DNA of 64,000 nucleotides from assembly GCA_022736205.1 (NCBI GenBank), contig DZAT01000002.1, forward strand, positions 19,308 to 83,307, given 5' to 3'. Numbering within the stretch: position 1 is the first letter of the stretch; the number at the start of each line of letters is the position of its first letter. This DNA comes from Thiomicrospira cyclica (GTDB lineage: Bacteria; Pseudomonadota; Gammaproteobacteria; Thiomicrospirales; Thiomicrospiraceae). A program made the translations under genes and the position numbers. Of this stretch, positions 8,737 through 18,400 are shown in pieces. The notes under the pieces were generated by a model. It did not search any database and was not told the origin of the DNA. It saw only the letters and a list, made by a program, of their open reading frames with translations.

Positions 8737-10161
8737 TTAAGCGTGCGCTAATGCAGGCTGACGAGAACCAGCCATACGAATTGTCATCACCATGTTGTAT
8801 AACATGACAACTGCGCCTAATGTGAACAACACACCACCGACAGCACGCATTGCGTAGTAAGGATGCATTGCAGACACTGATTCAGCAAACGTATACGCTA
8901 ATGTACCGTATTCGTCATATGCACGCCACATCAAGCCCTGCATAATACCCGATACCCACATACCAACGATGTAGAATACAGTACCAATGGTAGCCAACCA
9001 GAAGTGGAAATTAATTAAAGACATAGAATACATTTCTGTTTTCCACAGCTTCATTGTCATATGATAAACAGCACCGATAGAAACCATCGCTACCCAACCT
9101 AATGCGCCAGAGTGAACGTGACCAACAGTCCAGTCAGTGTAATGCGACAACGCGTTCACTGTCTTAGCCGACATCACAGGACCTTCAAACGTAGACATCG
9201 CGTAGAAAGCCAATGCCATAATCAAGAAACGCAGGATGTAATCTGTACGCAAACGATCCCAAGCACCAGATAAGGTCAACATACCGTTCAATGCACCACC
9301 CCAAGAAGGGATAATCATCGCTAAAGAAACAACCGCAGCCAACGAACCAACCCAGTCAGGCAAAGCTGTGTACTGCAAATGGTGCGCACCTAACCAGACA
9401 TAACCAAACATCAATGCCCAAAAGTGAACAACTGACAAACGGTATGAATAAACAGGACGTTGCGCTTGCTTAGGCACGAAGTAGTACATGATGCCTAGGA
9501 AGCCTGCTGTTAGGAAGAAACCTACTGCATTATGACCCCACCACCATTGAATCATCGCATCCTGAACACCACCAAACATTGAGTAAGAACGGAACAGACT
9601 AACAGGCACTGACAAACCATTAATTACCCAAAGGTAAGTAATCATAATCATCATACCCAAGAAGAACCAGTTAGCCACATAAATATGAGGCACTTTCTCT
9701 TTGTTACGTGTCGCGATTGTCATCGTGAAGTTAAACGTGAACATTACCCAAACCAATGCAACTGCCAAATCTAGCGGCCACTCTAGCTCGTGATATTCTT
9801 TACCTTGCAACATACCCAAAGCCAGCGAAATAACCGCTAACAATAAGCCTGCTTGTAACGCAACGAACTGAATCCAAGCCAATGCATTGCTATACAATGG
9901 ACGACCACTCGTACGCTGAACAATGTAAAAACCAGTTGCCATCAATACGTTAGCACCAAACGCGTAAATTACCGTGTTGGTGTGAATGACACGTAAACGA
10001 CCAAAACTGATTTCAGCCATATCGAAGTTTAAAAACGGCCAAGCAAGCTCGGACGCCGCATAAGTACCCATCAGTGTACCTAGCACCAAAAAAACGATCG
10101 AAGCTAAAGCAAATGCTTTAATAACACCATCGTTATATTGCGGTTTTACCACAGTGTCCAT
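8737..10161 (-). CDS. ccoN: cbb3-type cytochrome c oxidase subunit I
   Basis: Polytopic heme-copper oxidase subunit with conserved His segments (WWWGHNAVGFF, GAHHLQYT, VGHVHSGALGW). I place the start at ATG 10161, which is preceded by a GAGAGGA SD. The track start at 10191 is 10 codons further upstream. Confidence 0.9.
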   Translation of the reverse strand: MDTVVKPQYNDGVIKAFALASIVFLVLGTLMGTYAASELAWPFLNFDMAEISFGRLRVIHTNTVIYAFGANVLMATGFYIVQRTSGRPLYSNALAWIQFVALQAGLLLAVISLALGMLQGKEYHELEWPLDLAVALVWVMFTFNFTMTIATRNKEKVPHIYVANWFFLGMMIMITYLWVINGLSVPVSLFRSYSMFGGVQDAMIQWWWGHNAVGFFLTAGFLGIMYYFVPKQAQRPVYSYRLSVVHFWALMFGYVWLGAHHLQYTALPDWVGSLAAVVSLAMIIPSWGGALNGMLTLSGAWDRLRTDYILRFLIMALAFYAMSTFEGPVMSAKTVNALSHYTDWTVGHVHSGALGWVAMVSIGAVYHMTMKLWKTEMYSMSLINFHFWLATIGTVFYIVGMWVSGIMQGLMWRAYDEYGTLAYTFAESVSAMHPYYAMRAVGGVLFTLGAVVMLYNMVMTIRMAGSRQPALAHA

Positions 10162-10293
10162 ATATGATTTCCTCTCTATAATTGAACACACTCATTTAAG
10201 TCTGCTGTCGACCTTAACAAAAAGACCAGATACCTCTAAAAGCCGTCTCATTACGATGCATTCATCGACATTTCGCCGATTTTTAGAGATACC

Positions 10294-10311
10294 TTGTCCC
10301 TTTAAGGACAA
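10294..10311. promoter_or_regulatory. Perfect palindrome TTGTCC-N6-GGACAA in the ccoN/hisB divergent intergenic region
   Basis: The sequence is TTGTCCCTTTAAGGACAA. It lies about 135 nt upstream of the ccoN ATG. It is a candidate operator; the binding protein is unknown. Confidence 0.25.
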
Positions 10312-10616
10312 CAACCTGATCATAAGTATAAGACCAGCAGACCACCTTTACTGAACAAGCTTAAGCAAAAGTAACCAAAACTTAACCAAAATCAAGTCGA
10401 GGCACCCAGTAGGTAAAGCCTTCCATTACTTATTCATTATTTTAACAAGCCTAGCACAGCATACCAACAGAAATTCTTTATACGACTCATAAGATATGAT
10501 TATGAGCATAGAAAAACTTTATATATTAGCAGCTCATCTTATGCAAAACATGACACTCATTATCTTGCAATGTTAAAATAAGAATATTACTTTTACTTAA
10601 AGACGAACATAGTACC

Positions 10617-11204
10617 ATGCGCCAAGCTCACATCGAACGCAAAACACTCGAAACGCAAATTAAAATTGACGTTAATCTTGACGGGTCAGGCAAAGCTCGT
10701 CTCACGACGGGCGTACCGTTTTTAGAACATATGATTGATCAAATTGCCCGCCACGGCATGATTGATATTACCATCGAAGCGATTGGCGATAATCATATTG
10801 ATGATCATCATACAGTTGAAGACATTGGTATTGCGCTCGGTTCGGCTTTAGCAAAAGCTGTAGGCGACAAGAAAGGGATTGCGCGTTATGGTCATTCATA
10901 TGTGCCATTAGACGAAGCCCTTTCTCGCGTGGTTATCGACTTATCAGGGCGTGCTGGCTTGCAATTCCACTGCGCATTTACGGCAGAACGTATCGGACAG
11001 TTTGATACGCAACTGGTGCAAGAGTTTTTCCAAGGCTTTGTGAATCATGCGCATGCAAGTTTACACATCGATAACATTCGTGGCATCAATGCCCATCACC
11101 AAGCCGAAACCATTTTTAAAGCATTTGGTCGAGCGCTACGCATGGCATTAACAGCCGATGAGCGCATGGCAGGCATTTTACCATCAACCAAAGGTGCGCT
11201 ATAA
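10617..11204 (+). CDS. hisB: Imidazoleglycerol-phosphate dehydratase (monofunctional)
   Basis: 195 aa with IGPD metal-binding motifs ([32 protein letters not shown]). Confidence 0.92.
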   Translation: MRQAHIERKTLETQIKIDVNLDGSGKARLTTGVPFLEHMIDQIARHGMIDITIEAIGDNHIDDHHTVEDIGIALGSALAKAVGDKKGIARYGHSYVPLDEALSRVVIDLSGRAGLQFHCAFTAERIGQFDTQLVQEFFQGFVNHAHASLHIDNIRGINAHHQAETIFKAFGRALRMALTADERMAGILPSTKGAL

Positions 11205-11858
11205 ATGGCGGTGCGTGAAATTGTTGTCGTTGACTACGGTATGGGTAATTTACGCTCAGTAAAGCAAGCACTGCTGCATGTTGCACGCGCCAATACACGC
11301 ATTAGCGTCAGCGAAAATGCGGAACAAATCGCCAATGCCGACGCGATTGTTTTTCCAGGACAAGGTGCGGCTAAAGCTTGCATGAAAGCGCTCAATAACA
11401 TCGAAGGCTTACGTGAAGCGGTATTAGAGAGCGCTAACAGCAAGCCTTTTTTAGGGATTTGTATGGGTATGCAGGTACTCATGACGCACTCGCAAGAAAA
11501 TGATGGTACTGACTGTCTAAACCTGTTGGCGGGTGATGTCACGGCATTTGCTAATCAGCCCAACTGGAAGCCCGAACATAAAATTCCACAAATGGGCTGG
11601 AACCAGATTAAGCAGACACAAGCGCATCCATTGTGGCATGGCATCGAAGATGCGAGTCGTTTTTATTTTGTGCACAGCTATTTTGTAACACCAGAAAACA
11701 AAGCGTTGATTGCTGGTGAAACCGATTTTGGGCTGAATTACTGCTCTGCCATTGCCCAAGACTCATTATTTGCGATTCAAGCCCATCCTGAAAAAAGTAG
11801 CGATGCTGGCTTACAATTATTGCGCAATTTTTGCGCATGGAACGGAAAATCCTGTTAA
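11205..11858 (+). CDS. hisH: Imidazole glycerol phosphate synthase, glutaminase subunit
   Basis: 217 aa. Class I amidotransferase with the nucleophile Cys in LGICMGMQ and HPEKS near the C-terminus. Its start abuts the hisB stop. Confidence 0.92.
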   Translation: MAVREIVVVDYGMGNLRSVKQALLHVARANTRISVSENAEQIANADAIVFPGQGAAKACMKALNNIEGLREAVLESANSKPFLGICMGMQVLMTHSQENDGTDCLNLLAGDVTAFANQPNWKPEHKIPQMGWNQIKQTQAHPLWHGIEDASRFYFVHSYFVTPENKALIAGETDFGLNYCSAIAQDSLFAIQAHPEKSSDAGLQLLRNFCAWNGKSC

Positions 11859-11882
11859 ATTCTTTAGAGGTTGCTAAATTTT

Positions 11883-12623
11883 ATGTTACTAATCCCCGCT
11901 ATCGACCTTAAAGACGGTCAATGTGTTCGCCTTAAACAAGGTCGCATGGAAGATGCCGATGTGTTTTCGGGCGATGTATTGGCTACAGCTACCCGTTGGG
12001 TAGAAGCTGGCTGCCGTCGTTTACATATGGTTGACCTTAATGGTGCTTTTGCTGGTGAACCTGTTAACGCCAAGGCGGTACTCGAAGTCACCAAAGCTTT
12101 CCCGAATCTACCTGTACAGATTGGTGGTGGCATTCGTGACTTCGACACCATCCAACGCTATTTAGATGCAGGCGTGAGCTATGTCATTATCGGTACCAAA
12201 GCAGCGAAAGAGCCTGAGTTTGTGGCTGCTGCTTGCGCGAAGTTCTCAGGAAAAATCATTGTCGGACTCGATGCACAAGACGGCATGGTCGCCATCAATG
12301 GCTGGGCAGAAATTACTGAGCATCATGTCATCGACCTCGCTAAGCGTTTTGAAAACGATGGCGTGAACGAAATTATCTACACCGATATTGGTCGTGACGG
12401 CATGATGCAAGGCGTCAATATCGAAGCCACAAAAGCATTGGCTGAAGCCGTGAACATTCCCATCATTGCCAGTGGCGGCATCACCAACCTAGACGACATT
12501 CGGGGTTTATGCGCGGTTGCCGGCAGCGGCATTTCTGGCGCAATCACAGGTCGTGCCATTTACGAAGGCAGTCTTGATTTTGCACAGGGACAGGCTTTGG
12601 CTGATCAGTTGATGGGACGATAA
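11883..12623 (+). CDS. hisA: ProFAR isomerase
   Basis: ATG 11883 gives [22 protein letters not shown] and IASGGI motifs are present. The track start at 11871 is a TTG 4 codons upstream. Confidence 0.9.
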   Translation: MLLIPAIDLKDGQCVRLKQGRMEDADVFSGDVLATATRWVEAGCRRLHMVDLNGAFAGEPVNAKAVLEVTKAFPNLPVQIGGGIRDFDTIQRYLDAGVSYVIIGTKAAKEPEFVAAACAKFSGKIIVGLDAQDGMVAINGWAEITEHHVIDLAKRFENDGVNEIIYTDIGRDGMMQGVNIEATKALAEAVNIPIIASGGITNLDDIRGLCAVAGSGISGAITGRAIYEGSLDFAQGQALADQLMGR

Positions 12624-12630
12624 GGTAACA

Positions 12631-12918
12631 ATGCTTACGTTTGAATGGGACAAAGCAAAATACCATGCCAACGTGAGCAAGCATGGCATTTGCTTCGAAG
12701 AGGCAGAAACAGTCTTTGCTGATGATTATGGTTTATTGATGCCCGATCCAGATCATTCTATGGGTGAATCACGCGCTATTTTACTGGGCAAAAGCAATCA
12801 GTCTAACCTGCTCATTGTTTGTCATTGTGAATATATTGAAAATCATATTAGAATTATTTCGGCACGAAAAGCGACAATACACGAAAGAAAGCGTTATGAA
12901 GGAGCACACCATGCGTGA
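12631..12918 (+). CDS. brnT: BrnT-family (DUF497) type II toxin
   Basis: 95 aa. The N-terminus MLTFEWDKAKYHANVSKHGICFEEAETVF and the C-terminus IRIISARKATIHERKRYEG are hallmarks of BrnT. The SD overlaps the hisA stop. Confidence 0.8.
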   Translation: MLTFEWDKAKYHANVSKHGICFEEAETVFADDYGLLMPDPDHSMGESRAILLGKSNQSNLLIVCHCEYIENHIRIISARKATIHERKRYEGAHHA

Positions 12919-13171
12919 TGAATATGATTTTACCAATGCGGTTCGCAACCCCTATGCCCAAAAATTACGAGAACAAGCGATGGTTTCCTTAGAGCCTGAC
13001 GTGTATCAAGCAATGCAACAAAAAGCAACGGCAGACAATCAGAGCTTACAGCAAGAAATTAATCAGGCTTTACGTCATTATCTGCAAAACCAAGGCACGA
13101 AACTTGAAGATTTAATCCGTAAAGTCATTCGTGAAGAACTTCATCCCGAACAAACATTAGGACGCGCATAA
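12911..13171 (+). CDS. brnA: BrnA-like antitoxin
   Basis: ATG 12911 is preceded by an AAGGAG SD. It reads MRDEYDFTNAVRNPYAQKLREQ... with a C-terminal helical/RHH-like part. It overlaps brnT by 8 nt, and its stop abuts the hisF ATG. Confidence 0.6.
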   Translation: MRDEYDFTNAVRNPYAQKLREQAMVSLEPDVYQAMQQKATADNQSLQQEINQALRHYLQNQGTKLEDLIRKVIREELHPEQTLGRA

Positions 13172-13930
13172 ATGGCACTGGCAAAACGTATTATCCCCTG
13201 CTTAGATGTCGATAACGGTCGCGTGGTTAAAGGTGTTCAGTTTTTAGACATCCGAGACGCAGGCGACCCTGTCGAAGTAGCACGCCGCTACAACGAACAA
13301 GGCGCGGATGAAATTACCTTTTTGGACATTACCGCTACCGCTGATGACCGAGACACCATCGCGCATGTGGTCGAACAGGTTGCCAGCCAAGTCTTTATTC
13401 CGCTGACCGTTGGCGGCGGTATTCGCACCTTAGACGACATTCGCAGAATGCTGAATGCCGGCGCAGACAAAGTATCCATTAACAGTGCGGCTGTGTTTCG
13501 ACCAGAATTTGTACAAGAAGCCAGCGATCACTTTGGCTCGCAGTGCATTGTGGTTGCTATTGATGCCAAACGCGTCGATGACCACTGGGAAATCTTTACC
13601 CACGGTGGTCGTAAAGCCACAGGGATTGATGTCGTCGAATGGGCAAAAAAGATGCAGGCCTTTGGCGCTGGCGAAATCCTGCTCACCAGCATGGATGGCG
13701 ACGGCACAAAAAAAGGCTACGATTTAGCCTTGACGCGTGCGGTATCCGATGCGGTATCAATTCCTGTCATTGCCTCTGGTGGCGTGGGTAATTTGCAAGA
13801 CTTAGCTGATGGCATTATCCAGGGTGGTGCTGAGGCGGTACTCGCTGCCAGTATTTTCCACTTTGGCGAGTACACACTAGAGCAAGCGAAACGGCATCTG
13901 CAGGGACAAGGGATTGAAGTGAGGCTTTAA
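13172..13930 (+). CDS. hisF: Imidazole glycerol phosphate synthase, cyclase subunit
   Basis: 252 aa. It begins [22 protein letters not shown]... and has the typical HisF barrel motifs (GGGIR, ASGG). Confidence 0.93.
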   Translation: MALAKRIIPCLDVDNGRVVKGVQFLDIRDAGDPVEVARRYNEQGADEITFLDITATADDRDTIAHVVEQVASQVFIPLTVGGGIRTLDDIRRMLNAGADKVSINSAAVFRPEFVQEASDHFGSQCIVVAIDAKRVDDHWEIFTHGGRKATGIDVVEWAKKMQAFGAGEILLTSMDGDGTKKGYDLALTRAVSDAVSIPVIASGGVGNLQDLADGIIQGGAEAVLAASIFHFGEYTLEQAKRHLQGQGIEVRL

Positions 13931-13938
13931 CGAAACCG

Positions 13939-14631
13939 TTACCAATCGGAAGTGTTAACCACCGCTGGCTTTGTTGGCGGTTGGTGCCATGCGCCACTCG
14001 CGCCCCACACCGCTAAAACAGCGATCACACACGCCACAATCACAGCGATCATGCCACCGCCTTGCGTAGACGCATCGTTATCCGATTCGGCAGGAGCATC
14101 ACCTTTAAGCATGGGTGACACCAAGTCTTTTGCTAATACAATTTTGTAGAAAAAAATGGCAGCAATATGAACTGCAACCACCACCAACAACAGCTTAAAT
14201 AATAAATGATGTGCCGATGTTAATAGCGAACTGAAGCTATCGGAAACCAAAAAGGTTAGCGGAGCGGTAAAGTCGGCATCATTATTAGCAAATAAGCCAG
14301 TAACCGTCATCGCGACGAGCAAAGTCAGCATCGCAATAACCGACCAGCCACCCAAAGGATTATGTCCAACCCCTTGCCAACGACCATTGAGGTAGTCGCT
14401 CACCGCTTCCTTGCCACGAACAAACTGATTAAACCGCGCCGTTGTCGAACCAACAAAGCCCCAAACAAGACGAAAACTGAGCAAGAAGACCATTGACAAG
14501 CCAATCCATTGGTGCGGCTCTAAAAGGTCAAAGACATCACCTGTTAGATATGCACCAACAAAAGCCGCTAACAACGACCAGTGAAAAAGTCGCGTAGGCA
14601 AGTCCCACACGCGAATGCGTTTTGATTCCAT
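13939..14631 (-). CDS. Cytochrome b561 / Ni-Fe-hydrogenase-type b cytochrome family membrane protein
   Basis: 230 aa, 4 predicted TMs. The N-terminal VWDLPTRLFHWSL motif is characteristic of the family. Confidence 0.7.
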   Translation of the reverse strand: MESKRIRVWDLPTRLFHWSLLAAFVGAYLTGDVFDLLEPHQWIGLSMVFLLSFRLVWGFVGSTTARFNQFVRGKEAVSDYLNGRWQGVGHNPLGGWSVIAMLTLLVAMTVTGLFANNDADFTAPLTFLVSDSFSSLLTSAHHLLFKLLLVVVAVHIAAIFFYKIVLAKDLVSPMLKGDAPAESDNDASTQGGGMIAVIVACVIAVLAVWGASGAWHQPPTKPAVVNTSDW

Positions 14632-14843
14632 TACGTCTTCTCTATGATTAAGCGAACAGCAGCACCGCCCAGCAGATGTTGCAACGACAGTATAATGTCC
14701 ATTTCTTGCTGCCCCCTCGTGAGCGGATCTTGTGCTTTCGCACCCATAACATGGACAACGAAAACATCATCTGCTGTTTCTACCGAGACAGACACTTGCC
14801 AACCCAAAACGCGCTGGCAAATATCAATGATTGCGTCTTGCAC
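14631..14843 (-). CDS. Hypothetical 70-aa protein
   Basis: No recognisable motif. I keep it because its stop overlaps the cytochrome b561 start as TAATG and it begins 5 nt after the phnA stop, which implies operon coupling. Confidence 0.35.
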   Translation of the reverse strand: MQDAIIDICQRVLGWQVSVSVETADDVFVVHVMGAKAQDPLTRGQQEMDIILSLQHLLGGAAVRLIIEKT

Positions 14844-14848
14844 GCTAT

Positions 14849-15430
14849 TTAGGCTTTTTTGGTAAAGGCTGACACAATCACAATGGTCGAACCATTGATC
14901 TTACCTTCGATGTGCTTAGGATTACTGGTTAGGTGAATGTTTTTTACCAGTGTGCCACGCTTTGCGGTAAAGTTCATGCCCTTCACATCCAAGTCTTTAA
15001 TCAGCGTGACACTATCGCCTTCAGCCAATTCAGAACCATTACTGTCGCGTGGCTTAGGATCATCGTCGTCAGTTGCTTGTGCAATACCCGACTCTGCCCA
15101 TGCCTTGACATCGTCTTCTAAGTAAGCTGTGTCTAACAATTCCTGCGCCCAAGACTCGCCTTTAGCGGCTAGGGTATGCAACATACGATAAGCGACCACT
15201 TGCACAGCTGCCGTTGGCGACCAAATCGCTTCATTCAAACAACGCCACTGATTGGCATCAATGGTATCGGGGTTCTCGATTTGGCTTTTGAAAGACTCGC
15301 AAATATAGACACTGCTATCGGCAGAATCATCATTGCCAGAAACCGTCATGACGACTAAGGTGCCACAGGCATCGCCACAGAGTTCACACACGTTGTTACT
15401 ACGTTCTTTTAAGCTTTGTTCGATAGACAT
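14849..15430 (-). CDS. phnA: PhnA/YjdM family zinc-ribbon protein (long form)
   Basis: 193 aa. N-terminal zinc ribbon (CELCGD ... C) and C-terminal PhnA domain (GDSVTLIKDLDVKG...TLVKNIHL). Confidence 0.75.
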   Translation of the reverse strand: MSIEQSLKERSNNVCELCGDACGTLVVMTVSGNDDSADSSVYICESFKSQIENPDTIDANQWRCLNEAIWSPTAAVQVVAYRMLHTLAAKGESWAQELLDTAYLEDDVKAWAESGIAQATDDDDPKPRDSNGSELAEGDSVTLIKDLDVKGMNFTAKRGTLVKNIHLTSNPKHIEGKINGSTIVIVSAFTKKA

Positions 15431-15469
15431 TATTTTTCCTTTATTAAATCAAGAGTAACACTAAAAATA

Positions 15470-15494
15470 CGTCATTCCCGCAAAAGCGGGAATC
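15470..15494 (+). repeat. REP-like palindromic element (CGTCAT-TCCCGC-N4-GCGGGA-ATC)
   Basis: The sequence is CGTCATTCCCGCAAAAGCGGGAATC, an 8-bp stem palindrome ATTCCCGC/GCGGGAAT. It lies in the phnA-greB intergenic region. Confidence 0.55.
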
Positions 15495-15511
15495 TATCTC
15501 TTTGACTTCTT

Positions 15512-15537
15512 GGATCCCCGCATGCGCGAGGATGACG
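15512..15537 (-). repeat. Second REP-like element, inverted relative to the first
   Basis: The reverse complement reads CGTCATCCTCGCGCATGCGGGGATCC, the same architecture as 15470-15494. The two copies form a BIME-like inverted pair. Confidence 0.5.
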
Positions 15538-15550
15538 ACGAAGCGAGGTT

Positions 15551-16042
15551 TTATAAGTTTTGATATATGACATTCAACACGGTGTAAGTCACGCCTGCGA
15601 CAACAATATCATCATCAACAGATTTACCCAATAGGGCTTTTGCCATAGGGGCATTCAAACTGACATAAACACAGTCCGATTCGGGCAATAGCTCACCCAC
15701 ACCAACAAGCCGCAAATAGAGTTCAACGCCGTTATCATCTTCGAGCAACACCCGTGCACCGAAAAAAATGCGCTGACGCTCCGCTGGCAATGTGTCGATA
15801 ATTTTTGCGCCATCCAAACGCATTTGCAATCGTCGAATCTCGCGGTCGATTTCACGCAGTTTACGTTTACCGTAAATATAATCAGCATTTTCACTGCGAT
15901 CGCCCAATGCCGCTGCTTCTGATACCGCCTGCGTCGTTTGTGGACGATCATTGTACAACAGCTGATTTAAACGCGCTTTCATATACGCATAACCATCTGG
16001 GGTGAGGTATTTATGAATAGGATTATCCTGCATCGTTATCAA
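15551..16042 (-). CDS. greB: Transcription elongation factor GreB (GreA/GreB family)
   Basis: 163 aa. N-terminal coiled coil with GDRSENADY and a C-terminal Gre domain. It overlaps the ygiQ stop by 4 nt. The GreB versus GreA call is tentative. Confidence 0.8.
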   Translation of the reverse strand: MITMQDNPIHKYLTPDGYAYMKARLNQLLYNDRPQTTQAVSEAAALGDRSENADYIYGKRKLREIDREIRRLQMRLDGAKIIDTLPAERQRIFFGARVLLEDDNGVELYLRLVGVGELLPESDCVYVSLNAPMAKALLGKSVDDDIVVAGVTYTVLNVIYQNL

Positions 16043-18276
16043 CTATCCTTGGAATGATGCCTCGGCTTACGTACTTTATCGGTTTTAACCTGATCGCCAG
16101 CACGCTCGGTGTACTTGGTTAAGAACTGCTGCTGACCGAACTTTTTACCTGTACGTTTGCCTTCACCACCCGCGTCCCCAGTGCCTGCTGGCTGCCAAGT
16201 GGGAATTAGGTGATTTTTGCCATTGCCGATTAAATCGGCACGCCCCATGCGCTTGAGTGCTTCGCGCAACAATGGCCAATTCTCAGCATCGTGATAACGC
16301 AAAAAGGCTTTATGTAAGCGTCGCTGCTTCATGCCTTTCGGGCTAAAGACTTCTTCGCGTTCATCGCCTTCACGCAAGATTTTGCGCAATGGATTGCGTC
16401 CGCTGTAGTACATGGCAGAAGCTAATGCCATCGGGCTGGGCAAGAAGGCTTGCACTTGATCGGCTCTAAAGCCATTACGCTTGAGCCATAATGCCAAGTT
16501 CATCATGTCTTCGTCGTTGGTACCAGGATGCGCTGCAATAAAGTAAGGGATAAGATATTGCTCTTTGCCCGCCTCGGCAGAAAACTTATCGAACATGGCT
16601 TTGAAGCGATCATACGCCCCCATGCCAGGTTTCATCATTTTCGAAAGCGGGCCTGTTTCGGTATGCTCTGGAGCGATTTTGAGATAGCCACCCACATGAT
16701 GCTGCACCAATTCTTTGACGTATTCTGGCGTTTCAACCGCTAAGTCGTAGCGTAATCCCGATGCAATCAATACCTTCTTAATGCCTGGCAAGGCTCGCGC
16801 TTTACGATACAAATTCACTAAAGGCGTTTGGTCGGTATTTAAGTAACGACAAATAACAGGATGCACACAGGATAGGCGGCGACAGTTTTGTTCGATACGC
16901 TCATCTTTACAGGCTAATCGCCACATATTCGCCGTCGGACCACCTAAGTCGGAAATAATGCCTGTAAAGCCTTTCACCTTGTCGCGAATATCTTCGACTT
17001 CGCGCAAAATGGATTTTTCGGAACGGTTTTGAATAATCCGCCCTTCGTGCTCGGTAATCGAACAGAAAGTACAGCCACCAAAACAACCACGCATAATATT
17101 GACTGAAAAACGAATCATCTCCCACGCAGGAATTTTCGCATTGCCATACACAGGATGCGGTGCGCGTGCGTAAGGCAAATCGAAAACACCATCCATCTCA
17201 GGCGTGGTCAGCGGAATGGGCGGTGGATTAACCCACACCTCGCGATTACCATGACGCTGTACCAGCGCACGCGCATTACCTGGATTGGTTTCGAGATGAA
17301 ATACGCGCGAAGCATGGGCGTAAAGCACAGGGTCTTCGCTCACCTGCTCAAACGAGGGCATGCGAATGACGGTCAAATCGCGCGGATGAAAACGCGGAAT
17401 TTGACTGGTTAAATGCACCACCGTAATGCCATTCTGTTCATCGACCGTTTGCTTAGGCTTAGGATTATTCGCAGCCAACTCAGCGGTTTGTTCTTTGTTT
17501 GTTTCGCAACTTGCTTCGCTTTGCATGGCATATGGGTCAATATGGGCATCGACTTTACCTGGTGTGTCGACCTCTGTCGAATCGAGCACCACAAAACCTT
17601 CTGGCACACGGTTACGCACAAAGACCGTACCGCGCACATCGGTGATGTCTTTCGGATGCTCGCCTTTGGCAATACGGTGACTGATTTCAACCAAAGCACG
17701 TTCGGCATTACCATACAGCAGAATATCCGCCTTACTGTCTAAAATGACCGAGCGACGCACCTTGTCCGACCAATAATCGTAATGGGCAATACGGCGCAAA
17801 CTGCCCTCGATACCACCGATGACCACGGGCACATCTTTGAAGGCTTCGCGACAACGCTGCGCGTAAACCGTGAGCGCACGATCGGGGCGTTTACCATGCT
17901 CATCGTTAGGCGTGTAAGCATCGTTATGACGCAAGCGACGGTCGGAAGTGTAATGATTGATCATCGAGTCCATGTTGCCAGCGGTCACCCCAAAATACAG
18001 GTTCGGCTTGCCCAATGCACGGAAAGCTTCAGCCGATGTCCAATCGGGCTGGGCAATAATGCCGACCCGAAAACCCTGCGCTTCGAGCGCTCGTCCAATC
18101 ACCGCCATACCAAAGCTGGGCTGATCGACGTAGGCATCGCCAGTAACCAAAATAATATCGCAGCTATCCCAACCTAAGGCATCCATTTCTGCCTTTGACA
18201 TGGGCAAAAAAGGCGCTGTACCAAAGCGGTGCGCCCAGTACTTGCGATAAGAAAAGATATTTTTGGCATTAAACAT
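16039..18276 (-). CDS. ygiQ: YgiQ family radical SAM protein (UPF0313)
   Basis: 745 aa. The N-terminus [34 protein letters not shown], the radical-SAM cluster CFGGCTFC and a basic C-terminal tail are typical of YgiQ. Confidence 0.85.
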   Translation of the reverse strand: MFNAKNIFSYRKYWAHRFGTAPFLPMSKAEMDALGWDSCDIILVTGDAYVDQPSFGMAVIGRALEAQGFRVGIIAQPDWTSAEAFRALGKPNLYFGVTAGNMDSMINHYTSDRRLRHNDAYTPNDEHGKRPDRALTVYAQRCREAFKDVPVVIGGIEGSLRRIAHYDYWSDKVRRSVILDSKADILLYGNAERALVEISHRIAKGEHPKDITDVRGTVFVRNRVPEGFVVLDSTEVDTPGKVDAHIDPYAMQSEASCETNKEQTAELAANNPKPKQTVDEQNGITVVHLTSQIPRFHPRDLTVIRMPSFEQVSEDPVLYAHASRVFHLETNPGNARALVQRHGNREVWVNPPPIPLTTPEMDGVFDLPYARAPHPVYGNAKIPAWEMIRFSVNIMRGCFGGCTFCSITEHEGRIIQNRSEKSILREVEDIRDKVKGFTGIISDLGGPTANMWRLACKDERIEQNCRRLSCVHPVICRYLNTDQTPLVNLYRKARALPGIKKVLIASGLRYDLAVETPEYVKELVQHHVGGYLKIAPEHTETGPLSKMMKPGMGAYDRFKAMFDKFSAEAGKEQYLIPYFIAAHPGTNDEDMMNLALWLKRNGFRADQVQAFLPSPMALASAMYYSGRNPLRKILREGDEREEVFSPKGMKQRRLHKAFLRYHDAENWPLLREALKRMGRADLIGNGKNHLIPTWQPAGTGDAGGEGKRTGKKFGQQQFLTKYTERAGDQVKTDKVRKPRHHSKDS

Positions 18277-18400
18277 GATGAATCCTTGGGGTAGCCCATA
18301 AACATTTTATTATTGATATTTAGCGTATTTTAATTGATTTGCGCTATGATATTTTAACTAAAAAATATTTATATTTCGCCACAAAAAAGGGATCGCTATT

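Noticed and set aside
10382-10395. FNR-like box TTAAC-CAAA-ATCAA upstream of ccoN
   Set aside because: Only one half-site matches TTGAT-N4-ATCAA. It lies about 220 nt from the start, and it overlaps a simple direct repeat (TAACCAAAA x2). This is too weak to call.
12764-12910. Upstream extension of the brnA ORF (track start 12764)
   Set aside because: It would overlap most of brnT in another frame. An AAGGAG SD and the conserved antitoxin N-terminus (MRDEYDF...) begin at 12911.
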